Assembly (NCBI GenBank): GCA_951406725.2
Contig: OX597819.1
Coordinates: 930,001 to 994,000 of the forward strand
Length of the DNA: 64,000 bases
Direction: 5' to 3'
Source of the DNA: Octopus vulgaris
Taxonomy: Eukaryota
A model generated the notes under the pieces. The model was not told where the DNA came from and did no database searches. It saw only the letters and a list, made by a program, of their open reading frames with translations. Made by a program: the position numbers and the translations under genes. The first letter of the stretch is position 1. Each line of letters begins with the position of its first letter. Positions 12,601-25,300 of the stretch are shown one piece after another.

Positions 12601-15582
12601 TTAAATATGAAGTAAAAATTAAAAATTTTAATAATATTGGTTCTGTGAAAATATTTAAGATAATGATCAAGCAATAACAGTCAAGAAATGAAAAACAATA
12701 CATTCTCTTTCTGGCCATGCATTAAATACTGTCATGGTTTCTGAATATATTTAGGAATATATAACCCTTCATTATTATTTATCATTAATATGAGAACCTT
12801 TATGAATGACTAATATGAGAAACTAGTGAGGAAATCCATTAGAATCCTATTTCAAGGACAACTAAAATAAGGATCTAGCATATTAGTTTAATACCTTCTC
12901 TACAAACAGAATATTAAAGGTGAACAGAATGCCCCATTTCATATTTTAACTGAATAATCAAATTGCTTGAATCCCAGTTATAACTTAGAGCAGCCCTATG
13001 ATAAAAATCACATGATGAGGCATTTTTAGCATGTTATTGTATGTTGTCTATTATATCAACATTCTTAAGTCTTTTTCTAGTGTGTTAGGGACTCAATCTG
13101 CATAACTAGCTAGAGACATCCATAAAAGTACTAGCAGTAATAAATTAATGATCCTGAAGACTATATATGGTGAAGTCTAACAGATGATTTTGGAGAGTTG
13201 ATAAATTCTCCCTCATGGTGGCTATGAAAATGTACCATAAGTATGGATTCTTCAAGCTGGCTATGCCAATTTAGTAAAGCTACCTCACACTAGCTATAGC
13301 CCAGTTCTCTAGAAAAGGTACAACATTAACTTTCTGGACACTGATGGTACAGAATCTCTTATAATCTGCACTCACTCACAGCCAGGAACTTCAGATTCCT
13401 GTGGCCACCAGACTAGTTTACCTATACCATAAACAGTAAAGTATTAACTTGTATCATTTACCTGTCATTCATTTAAATATTTAAGTAAACTGAATACTCG
13501 TTAAATTTAGAGTGTGTTGACCAAGTTGACCAACCTAGGTTTGGAAGAATCAGTAATCTGAAAAGACCTTGAAACTGAAAGTGCCTGAAAATCGATGTTG
13601 CATTTATATGAAATGAGAAATGTGTGCCTACATGTATCCTGTTCTCCAACCTTTCTTTTCCTTTATAACTTCTCTCATACTTATATGTCACAGTGAGAAC
13701 CTATTTTGTGCAACACCATTCAATGTGAGGAAATAGATTTGTGTGTAAGCACATAAGCATGCATATTTATGCAAGTCTTCCTTTGCATATGTGTGTGAGT
13801 ATACATGGGTTTCATAGATATATATATACATGTATGTATTCCTGCAGAGACCTTATACAAATGGACAAACTTGAAGGTGATTAAAGGTTCTTTGGCTGTG
13901 CGAGTTTCTTAGCGGTCTTTGTAAGTTTCAACAGTGATAGTAGTAGTAGCAGTGGCACCAGTACCACTGTCAAAAGGATGGTCATTACTGGAATGTTTTT
14001 GAACATAAACAATAGTAGAGGATGACACAAAGTATGCTTTACTTATATTCTAACATTAAGACAAAGGTATGTGTGGTACAGATCACAAGACATCAATTCT
14101 TTCACTACTGCAACCACCATCATTATTGGTATAGGTGATAGTACTGGTAGTGGTGGGAGCATACATTTGTTTTATACATCCTTTGCTCCTTTATTTTAAT
14201 CCTCTCACATTGTCTTTTCCTCTTAAATATACACAAACATATACAAATGTGCATGCAAGTTATTTGATATTATGCTCTTAATAACACACATTTCTCTTCC
14301 TCTCTCTTCTTCCCTCATCTATTTTTTCCTTGTTGCTGTGATATATACACGAGGGAAAATAAAATAGCTGCACATTATAGACATGTGGGTGGGGCGTATA
14401 CATACAAACAGATCAAAAATTTATATATGTCTACAAATTTCTTAATCATAAGATCTTCATAAATTCCAGTAATATATTTGTAGACATACTCAACTACAAG
14501 TAAATAAATGTGTCTTATGTACAAAAGGTTTAAGATGGAGGGGAGCCTCAGCTAAATTTCTCAGAGAAGAAACACAATGCAAATTCTTCTGGGTGGATAA
14601 GAATGCTGGGTGGATGAGTGCAGGAAGCATGATGATGGCTGAGAAATGAATAAAGTAATTAAGGTAGTGAGAATATGTGAAAGAATAATTTAATTTAGAT
14701 TAGTCATAGGTAACATAACGACAACAATTATCCCTGCATCTAGAGCACAATCTACTGACAGACAAAGAAAAAGACCATTTTTATAAGGTCTTCTTACGGA
14801 GTACTTTGATAAGAGATGACAACTGTCTTGTAATCATAATTGGATACAACAATGGCGACTCCATTAAACATAGAAGCTGTGGATATGATACAAGGAATAA
14901 AAAGGAATCTAGGCTTTGAGTTTTAATTAACTGGAAAGAAGGCAGAACTCAACAGGAAGGCAACTATGTTTCAAATGCAGAAAAAGAGTGGTGAAAAACT
15001 CTGTACTGTGTACTCAAAGTAAATTATGAGTGCACAAGAAGTGTAATGAGATCACAGGCAGGCTGGGAAAGTAGAAAGACTTTGTTTGTTGTAAATGTGT
15101 AGGAGTAGTTAGCAGCAAGAACATTCATAAAATAGTTTCTTGCAAATACTTGTAAGACTTCCTTGTAACAGTTGATAGCTTTGTTATGCAGTAACCTCAT
15201 TAGCAGTGGAGGCAAGTGCTCCAAAAGTATAGTAGCCAGAGTAAGACTGCGGGAGCTGTTAGCTCTGCTGACAACAACAAAATTCTCTCTCCAAATGATG
15301 GTTGGAAAGAAATGAAGCAAGTAAGCTCTTCTGGATGTGAAATTTTTGTGTACATAAATGACAGAGCACAAACAGCTGAGAGAAAAATTGCATATAAAAA
15401 GAATAAGATGTAGCAGATTAAAGAGAAGACTGCACTGGTGTGTATGTGTGTGTACATTTATATATATATATATATGACAAAGAGGTCTTGGGTCAACAGG
15501 TTTTGGGATCTGATGATACACCATAAAGCTGAACTCTTTATGGATGGGAAACCTAAGGTAATCCCATAAACTGGCCTTCCCC

Positions 15583-15617
<35 letters not shown>

Positions 15618-18600
15618 CTTTACTTGGGTGTCAAGCAATCTAGTGGAAGAAATTTGTGGAAGGGAAAGTAGACATAAGAAGAAATGGTAAACAATTTCAA
15701 GAGGCTCAACCTGAAGGAGGATATGACAAAGAACTGGAATAAATGGTATGACGCTGTACTAACAAAAAAAAAAGGAAAAAATCTGTCCAACCTATGCAAG
15801 CATGGAAACATGAATATAAAAATGATGATGATTTAAAATTACTGCTACAAGAAGACTTGTTTCATTTTTCTAAGTACTTATAAAAATGAGAATATTTAGA
15901 AAAAATATATTTGCATTCCTAAAACTTTAAACAGAGTGCACTTTAGTGTTTTGTAAATCTTAGTATCATTTTCAAGTCACTCAAAGATACTAACCTCTTG
16001 CAATTTCTTTATTTCTTCTTCTAATTCTCGACATTTGTCTGGCAATTCTAATGCATTTTTCTGTGTTTGACGAATATGCTCAGTTTCAATTTTATATTGC
16101 CTAAGTTCTTTTAATTCTTTCCCTAATTCATCAAGAAGCTGAAATATAGTAAAAATATGAATAAGTGTTTCTTTAATACACAAAGTAATTTATACAGAGG
16201 AATATGATTATAATTAATATTTACAAAAGTCCAATCAATGCTATAGCCATAATAAAATTGCTTTCATTCATTCATTAAGTGTTCATCAGTCAACATAGTT
16301 TAATTTTCTTTGAAAAGTTAAGTTGACCCTAGCAGGATCCAAACTCAATGCACAAAGATATGTTCATCATTTGTTGCTAAGACTGAATCATAAGATTTCT
16401 TCTCAATGACTTCAGCTCAAACATTTATTTTGTAGAAATCCATCCATTCTTTAATTAAAATACAATGCCAGGTTTCTCATGCATCATAACGCTGGCTTCC
16501 CATAAAAAGTAATTCCTTAAACTGCTCTTATTCATCTTATAATACAGACATTACTCTCATGTCTAATACTAATTATATCCTATAACTAACAAATTCAATT
16601 AAAACATATTTAGAATTGTTCATCATAGATCACAGAATCTTCATTATAAATTTAACCAACCCAAGATTTACCATTTTTGCATTTCACTTTGTCAGAATGA
16701 CTCTTTAATATATCACTTCTACATGCATCTCATTAAAAAATCCCAGTATTTTCAGGTTCATTGTAACTACTACTATCTGATCTTTCTCACATTGCATTTC
16801 TCACATGTCCATACTAACATAGTTATCTCTTCTGCATACATCTGCCAACATTTGATGGTCAACTGATTTGTCAACATGTTTATATTCAAGTTTACTTGTA
16901 AGCTGATACTATATATCCAATAGCATACATACTTACAACCAGTCCTTAATTGAGACCTTCATTTTTCAGGGTTATAAACCAGCATGTTATCTCAAGAAGA
17001 TTATAACACTAACATTGTTTTACAACCACACTAAAAGATACTTTTTGTAATGTAGAAAGGCTAAACCCATTTCTTAATGAGGGAAAAGGATAATAAAATA
17101 TTTGCAACAGAATGAGAACATTACTCAAGAGTTCAACATTTTGAACAGTTGATCATTGCTATTTAACTCAACATGAAAACTGTTATAGTTTTGGAAAGAA
17201 GCAAATATTATTGCAAGCTATAAAATTCATTGTTTTCATTGACTTGAATTTTTCTTTTTAGTCTTTTATTTAAAAGGGAAGGCTGTGCCCTTAACTCTTC
17301 AAAGGGCCTCTGAGTCTGGTGAGAGAAAAAGAAGGGAGTATTGTCAAACTGAATATCAGACCTAAAGATATCCAAGGTACCAAATAATGGTGTTAAACCA
17401 ACTGCGCAATAGATTAAATAAACTATCCTAGTGGGTCACAGTGGGATTTGAAGTCAGAATTCAAATAACCAGAACAAATACTCCAAGTCATCCAATCTGA
17501 CATTTCTGCCAATTCATTACCCAAGTCTGGAATTTTTTATCAATCTTTCATGGTTGAAATATAAAGCTGACCTCTGCAGGATCTGAACTCAAAGTACCAA
17601 AAGTTAGGAAAAATACTGTGAGGCATTCTAGCTGTCACTCTACTGTTTCTGCCAATTCCAGAAAGAAGGACAATGATACAACAAAAGTTATGAAATAATG
17701 TTCTACCTGAGCAGTTGCTTTACGTTCATGTTCAAAATTATTACTTTGTGTTGCCATTTCAGCCTGCTGCTTTTCATTGTCTTCCAGTAATGTGGCATAA
17801 GAGTATTGAGTTTCAGTTAATTTATCATGTAATTCTAACTTTTCCTATAATAAACAAAATATATATTATTTAGCTTTAAATAACACAGAAATGTTAAAAA
17901 AAAGTAAATTCAGAGTTCCTCAATTTTAAAATATTTACAATGCAAGAGAAATCTAACTAATTTTAAGCAATATTTACTTTTCTTCTAATTATCACAAATT
18001 ACTTTTTGGAAAACCTAGCTACAATTAAAATTAAAGAGTAAATTAAATTTATAAGAACAAATTTAATGAAAATTATTTTCTGACAAAGCTTATCATTATC
18101 AAATGTAGGAACTCTGTAGTTGTGATGTAACATCATCTGTACAAAAATAATATATAACAATACAAATTTATATAATAATTAGCAGTCCAGAAATATAATA
18201 AAGACACATTCAATGACAACCTTATTAAATCTTTTAAACATAACCATGCAACATTATAACATAGCACCAACATTTTTTCATAATTTCTCTGAGATAAGAA
18301 TATATTAGTCTTAAATGATTTAAAAATATTTTTGATACAATGTCAGCTCTTGGTAACCTTTGAACATTTGAAGTTTAAAGTAGACTGCCAGATGAGAAAA
18401 CTTTCTATTATGATTGTACTGTTAACATTTTTAAAAATCACATAAGAAATACAAGTATCAAAATTGATCAAGTAATGTTATAACATTTGTGATTCTACAG
18501 TTTCAGTTTTAGGCTCACAGAAATTGTTGAATTTAGAAAAGATTCAACAGAAGTACCATGAGGAGAAACATAACCAAGAATTAACAGGAGTTAGGTAGTT

Positions 18601-19267
18601 CATGGAATGGTTTCAGAATTGAATTTGGTGAAATTATTAAAATATTTCTATTTAAATAAAGAAATAAGGTACTGTCTCAAATTCAAATTTCTGATTTTTT
18701 TTCTTAAGAAAAAGAAATTCTTTTGTATTTTTCTTGTTAATCCATAATCCAAAATGAACAAGAGCATTCTGCATCATCAGATTTCAAAAGTTTAGTTTCC
18801 TTGAATTTCCTTCTGTGTCAGTATATTTCAAACACTGCCACCAATTGTAATCCATTCCAATATTCAACCATTCGTCTTGACAACAAGTTCCATAATAGTA
18901 ACAACAACAGTTACTTCATACAGAACTACCTCATGTTCTGCGGATGAAAGGAAGTATTTAATTGAGAAATTCTTATTCAAAACAAATACATGGAATGCTA
19001 ACAATTATATTAGCCAAATATACTATTTAAAACTAATCCTTTGATTAATTAGGTAGAGTTTACTTTATCTTATCAGAAAATATAGTTACTATCTCCATAC
19101 CGATTTTAATTTTTCTACTTCATTTCTAAGTCGGGTGGCTTCTTCCTTGGTGGTTTCATAATGTCGATCTACATCTTGTAATCTGCAAGATATCAGAAAA
19201 ATATTAAGTTCACTAATAGAAGGTGTTAAAATCATTTCCCTAAGTATCTAGTTAAAAAAAATGAATG

Positions 19268-19313
<46 letters not shown>

Positions 19314-22300
19314 TATTTATACATTTCAATTCAAATACATTTCTTAGAACATAAAATACAGGGTGTTCCAGAATTAACTATTTATTTCAGTGAAATCAGA
19401 CAATTTTTTAAAACATTCACTTTTACTTACATTTATCATGTGTTAAAAGTGTATGAATTTTAAATTTTATTTAGAATTTTATAACTTAAACAAGCTTTAA
19501 TAATTTCATTCTCATTTCTGCTGAATCCTGCTGATCGGTCCATGACAGTTTGCTCTCCCTCCATCCCCAGAATGGAACACTAATTTAGCGGAACTTAAAA
19601 GAATGCATTCAGTTAGCAGTGCAGGAGATAACTCCTGAAATGCTTTAAAATGTGTTTTGCAATGCTAAGAGGACAGTTTTGAAATTTGCAGGAATATAGA
19701 TGGAGAACATGTTGAAAATTTTCATTAAGTTTTAACCTAAGATTTATAAATCTATATGTTCTGGTATCATATTTAAGTAATAAACATAAAATTCTGTCAG
19801 TTTTTTTTAAATTTGCGCAATTTTATTGAAATAGATGGTTAATTCTGGGACACCCTGTATTAATAGAAAAGACCAGTTAATTTGTGTGGCAGCACAAACT
19901 AATAAAACATAAATAGCAGAAATAGAGTTGTAACCATTAATTCAATTATGGCACTCGACTCAGTTTGCTTTTTTTTTCTATTCAATAAAACTGAAAATCA
20001 GTCTTTATGCATGGGCACACTGGACAATTCCCTGGGGACTTCACAGGTTTTGAGGCTGAATGCAAACCTATGTATGGTATAGTTAAGTATGAATAAAGTG
20101 ATTCCCCAGTGCATTGCTTTACTCAGATGTCTATACAGCTGTTAAGATAGGCCTGCCAAAGATATGAATTAACACTGACCTTCAATTGAATAATTGGCAG
20201 ATATCCTTTCAAATATTTATAGCTAATCATGTAAATACTGCTGTTGATAACAGTAATGATAATAATGGTTTCAAATTTTAGCATAGAGCCAGCAGTTTTA
20301 AGAAAAGTGGGCAAGTTGAGTGTATCAACCCTTGTGCTCAGACTCCAAAAGGATGGAAGACAAAGTCAACCTTAGAAGAACTTGAACACAGAACATAAAG
20401 AGTCTTTAATAACTCTGCTAGCTTGTTACCTTCATAATAATAATAATAATCCTTTCCACTATAGGCGCAAGGCCTGAAATTTGAGGGAGGTGAATAGTCA
20501 ATTACACTGACCCCAGTACTCAATTGGTATTTATTTTATTAAGGATGAAAGGTAAAGTTGACCTCGGTATAATAATAACAATAATAATAATAATCCTTTC
20601 TACTATAGGTATAAAGCCTGAAATTATATTGACCCCCAATGCTCAACTGGTATTATTCAATTGACTGTGAATGAATGAAATACAAAATCGATCTTGGTGG
20701 AATTTGAACTTAGAACATAAACCTGGAAGAAATGCTGTGAGGTACTTCTTTTTCACTGTGTGCTACTGGTTCTGCCAGCTTACCACCTTAATAAAAATTC
20801 TTTCAAATTTTGGCACAAGGACAACAATTGCTACATTGATTCTAGTATCTAAATTTTATTGACCAAGGAAAGTTGAATGGTAAAGCTGACTTCAGAATGC
20901 AGAAAGTTGAATGGTAAAGCTGACTCAGAATGCAAAAAGCCAATACAAATTCCACAAAACATTCTTTCCAAAGCTCTAACTGTCCTCTTAATAGTTTCTA
21001 ATTTAGGCACAAGAGTAGCAATTCTGAGGGGAAGGGTAAAACAATTACACTTACTCCAGTACATGAATGATACATTATTTTATCAACTGTGACAGATGAA
21101 AGGGAAAACTGACCTTGGCAGGATTTCAACTCAGAATGTAAAAGTAGCAACAAATACAGCAAGGCATTATTTTGTCAGGTGCGTTAACAATTATGTCAGC
21201 TCACCATCTCTTAATGATTTCTATTTTAGGTAAAAGCCAGCAATTTTGAGGTGATGTTTAGTCGATTATATCAACTCCAGCTGTGATTTATAGATACTGG
21301 ACCATGCAAGGCGAAGTATGCATGAAAAGGGATTTGAATTTAGAATGTTAAGGGAAGTTATGAAATATCATATGGCATTTTATCCAATAATCCACAGTTA
21401 TTGCTTATCTTTTATAATAAAAAATTAGGATTTGGGAAATTTAAAAGTAATTAAATAATAGTTTCCATCACATTAATGTCTGACTCAATGAATGTTAAAA
21501 TTGTAATAACTATTAAAGAGCAATAAAAGCTATCAGAAACACACATTACAATTTCTATGCACTTTTGTCACCATCACCAGATTTCGTGTCCACTTTTGTA
21601 TTGATCAGACAGAGTTTATTGAAGCAGGAGAAGGTTGGTGACAAGAAGAGCATCGAACCATAGAATGTCTGCTGCCATTCCAGTCACACTATAAGAAACC
21701 ACACTTTCAGCCAATATACATTTATTGAGTACTAGCAGTATCACCCGGCGTTGCTCGGGTTTGTAAGGGAAATAACTATATAAGCATTTTTAGAGAGTTA
21801 TAGCCAAAAAATGCATTAAAAATGGAAAAAAAATGATGGTAAATTTTTTTTTAAATCATTGACACATCGTAGACATTTTTAGAGAGTTACTTCCCTTACA
21901 TAATAGCGAAAAAATGCATTAAAATGGAAAAAATGATGGTAAATTTTTTTTTAAATCGTAGACTCATGCTAATACCCAGAAGGGCTCAATATGAATCACG
22001 ACTATAAGATACCCGGTTTTGGTTAAACTGCACCGCAAAATGTGGGAGTAGTTAGGAATCTAAATCGTAGGAGACAGACAGCACACAACCTCTCTTTTAT
22101 ATATAAAAATTTCTATTTCATTCTAGCTTCTTTCATTCCTTTTAGCTATCACAACTTAGGCCACATAGGACCATTACCTTCAATAGCATTTTCTTTCATT
22201 TGTAAGTTCAATAGTGCACTGTCATGGTATATTAAATGATTCAGTTTATATATCTATTAAATATCAAAGATGAAAAAAAAAATACTGACCTGTGACTTAA

Positions 22301-25300
22301 GTATATTAACTGTTCAGCTTTATCTCGGTCGTGCCGACCCTAGAATATGTGATAAAATATATTGTATACTTTACAACAAATTTTTTTGTGAATGAAGTAC
22401 TGATATGAAAATTTATTTATTTATTAAAATATTGCTTTTAATAAATATGTTATGCAAAAAGATGAAAATTTATGTTGTCATAAAAGTAAAGGAAAAAAAC
22501 ACAGCTTTATTTTAATTTGGAATAGGAGAGCAAGTAAATAGCCCAACTGCTAGAGGAATATTTTTTGCTCCAATTTCAAAAAAGGAGAGGTTAATGAACA
22601 ACATTTAAAATTCACTGCCTCGTTCATTTATTATTGTATCAAATGGGAAATGTTTTATCTGAGATTAAAGTTAAAAATAAAATGGAGTATATAATTAAGC
22701 AAATGGGGGAAAAACTTGTAAAGCTAGTAGTGTATATAGCACATGAAATATATGTGAACAACAAATTCATTTCATGAAGCACAGCCATCACAAGTTATAA
22801 CATGATGTTAATATATATGTTCCCATATCATGCAATCTGACAACATATATTCTAATAATATATAGAGATACTAACAATTTACAAGAAATATCCTTTATTT
22901 ATTCGTATATGCATTTAATCATACTAATTAAAAAAAATAATCTTATTTATGAAATTTACATACTGATAAAATAACAGTATTTCTTAATTAAAAGAGAACA
23001 CTGAACTTATAAATGACTGAAAAATTAGAACTTTCTTTTTAATAACAGTTTTTTCTTCATTAGTTTTCTTTTAAAATTTAAATTCATTTTATTATACTGA
23101 TACATTCTTTTTGTTAAACAGATACTAATCTAAAACGATCTAAACCAATATATTTTCTTTAAAGTTTTATACAGCCAAATATGTAAACACTAATACACAT
23201 ACAAACACAAAATGTACCAACAAAGCAGTGTGAAAGAAAAAATATATAGTAAAAACAAATCCCTGAATTATAGAAATATCTGTAAAACATGTCTAAATAA
23301 GAACCAGAATAAAATGTAAAGAGTAGTAAGTAAAGAATATTCATAAAAAGAAATGTCTAATAATATCAGAAATGGTTACCAGATACGGGATCCTGTATAG
23401 GTTGTGGAGAGTTTCAAACATATTGACAATTTCGTAATTAAATGTCAACCTGACTAGAAGCAAGCTTACAATAAACAGATTAAAGCCAAAACTAATCTAC
23501 AACTAAACAGATTTAGTTGGGTTATATAAGGGATTTTAATGTCAGTATAACATCAATCCATCCAATTTACCATGATATAAGCTTTAACACATAGATCTAA
23601 TAAGTGCTAAACACAAACAAGTGCTTCACCTTACCTGTCTCTATCAAATGAGGTATTAGATGAAAAGTAAGGAAAATATCTTATAATATTTCATTAAAAT
23701 ACACTCATTAACCCTTTAGCATTTAAACCAGTCATATCTGGCCAAAGTATTCTACCTGTTTAATGTTCAAACTGGCCATATCTGGCCTCTTACAAAAACC
23801 CTACAATATCATTCTAAAAATCCATAGTTGCCTCATCAAAATCTCAGAGCTACAAGATAATGCATGATTAATTCAAAACAATACAATTTAAAGAGCATTA
23901 CTTTTAAGAGAATAATGTGAATGCTAAAGGGTTAAGTCAATGTTAATCAATAATTACTAACTTTGATGAATTAAAAACTATGATAAATTACTTCACTCAA
24001 ATGTTTGATGGCAGCTTTGAAGTGAGTACAAAGATTTTAATGATGCAGATCATATTTTAAGATGTTAGTGGATAAGATAAAAATGTTTATAAAATGAAAT
24101 CTGATTTTCTAATATATTTGAAAAAAAAGTAGTTGTAGAAATGAGAGTAATTGAAAAAGGTATTTGTTGTAGAACTGAGAGTAGTTGATTGGATCGTGTA
24201 GAGGAGGTGCTTAGAAAGTCCAGTCCATCATCTCAGGAATAGCAGATGGTAAAGATGGATGGATAGAAATGAAAGTAATAAAGGCAACTTTATAATCAAA
24301 TACAAACAATAAAAGAGTAAAAAATGAATACTCATACTGAGATTGAAATGTCAAATTTTGAGAATCCACAGATTTGTTTATATAGAGATGCATTCCAAAC
24401 TATGCATTGATGAGGCAATTTTTTAAAGACAATAAAAACCGAATCAGTAACATCAGTTAAATTCCATAAAGAAAAACTCTTACTTTGAGCTGCTAAATTA
24501 ATTCAGAAATGAACAATAAAGCAACATTAAGACAAAAAAAAAAAAGACCAAAACCCACAAAGAAAATTATGGTATACCACCGATAAGATCAGCTTTTGAT
24601 AAAATGTACTTAGAAAGATTAGTATCCCCTTGTGCATAGACCAAGCATACTTTTAGGAAACTAATTTATTTCATAAATATACAAGTTAAGGCAAGTATCA
24701 TTCATGTGTCTAAGTTTTACTGACCAAAATTTACTTAAATGAATTGCAATAATATTTTTGCTACCATTCAAGACTGATTGATATTTCTCATGTGTAACTC
24801 AATAATCAATGACATTAAAAAGGCTGACTCATACCAAAGAAAAATTACTTTTATTTACATGTATCATTTCAATATTGCTAATTTTTTTTTTTAATTTCAT
24901 GAATGGCACACATTAAAATCAGTTCAACAGAATTACGGTGAACTTAATGCTAACTTTACATTTAAATCAGCAGATTGATAAATATGTTGCTTGTTGATTA
25001 AAAGTTTTAATTTTCCTGCTTTGTCAAATTTTTCTTCATATAGTTTCAAAACTATTTTCATTATTCAAAAAAGATGCAAAATTTTTATGTTACTTTTTAC
25101 GAATCAAAACAATTAAACAAGGTTGAAACAAATAAAAGAATAAAACCAAGTGCAATATTATTTCGGTTTAGTAGTAAATAACTAGTATGCTAGAAGCCAA
25201 AATAAACATTTTTATGAAGTTATTTTGTGTATCACATATCACACAAATTGTGTATATGTATGCAGTTTGGCACACACAAACACACACATTGCCTATGTGT

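Noticed and set aside
15024-15638. Longest ORF in the track (204 aa)
   Set aside because: Runs through (TA)n microsatellites and the antisense strand of RTE debris; no recognisable protein. Most other track ORFs are likewise chance frames in introns or repeats.
18930-18937. 8-nt microexon AACATGAG with plausible splice sites
   Set aside because: Would frameshift in a phase-0 intron; no other support.
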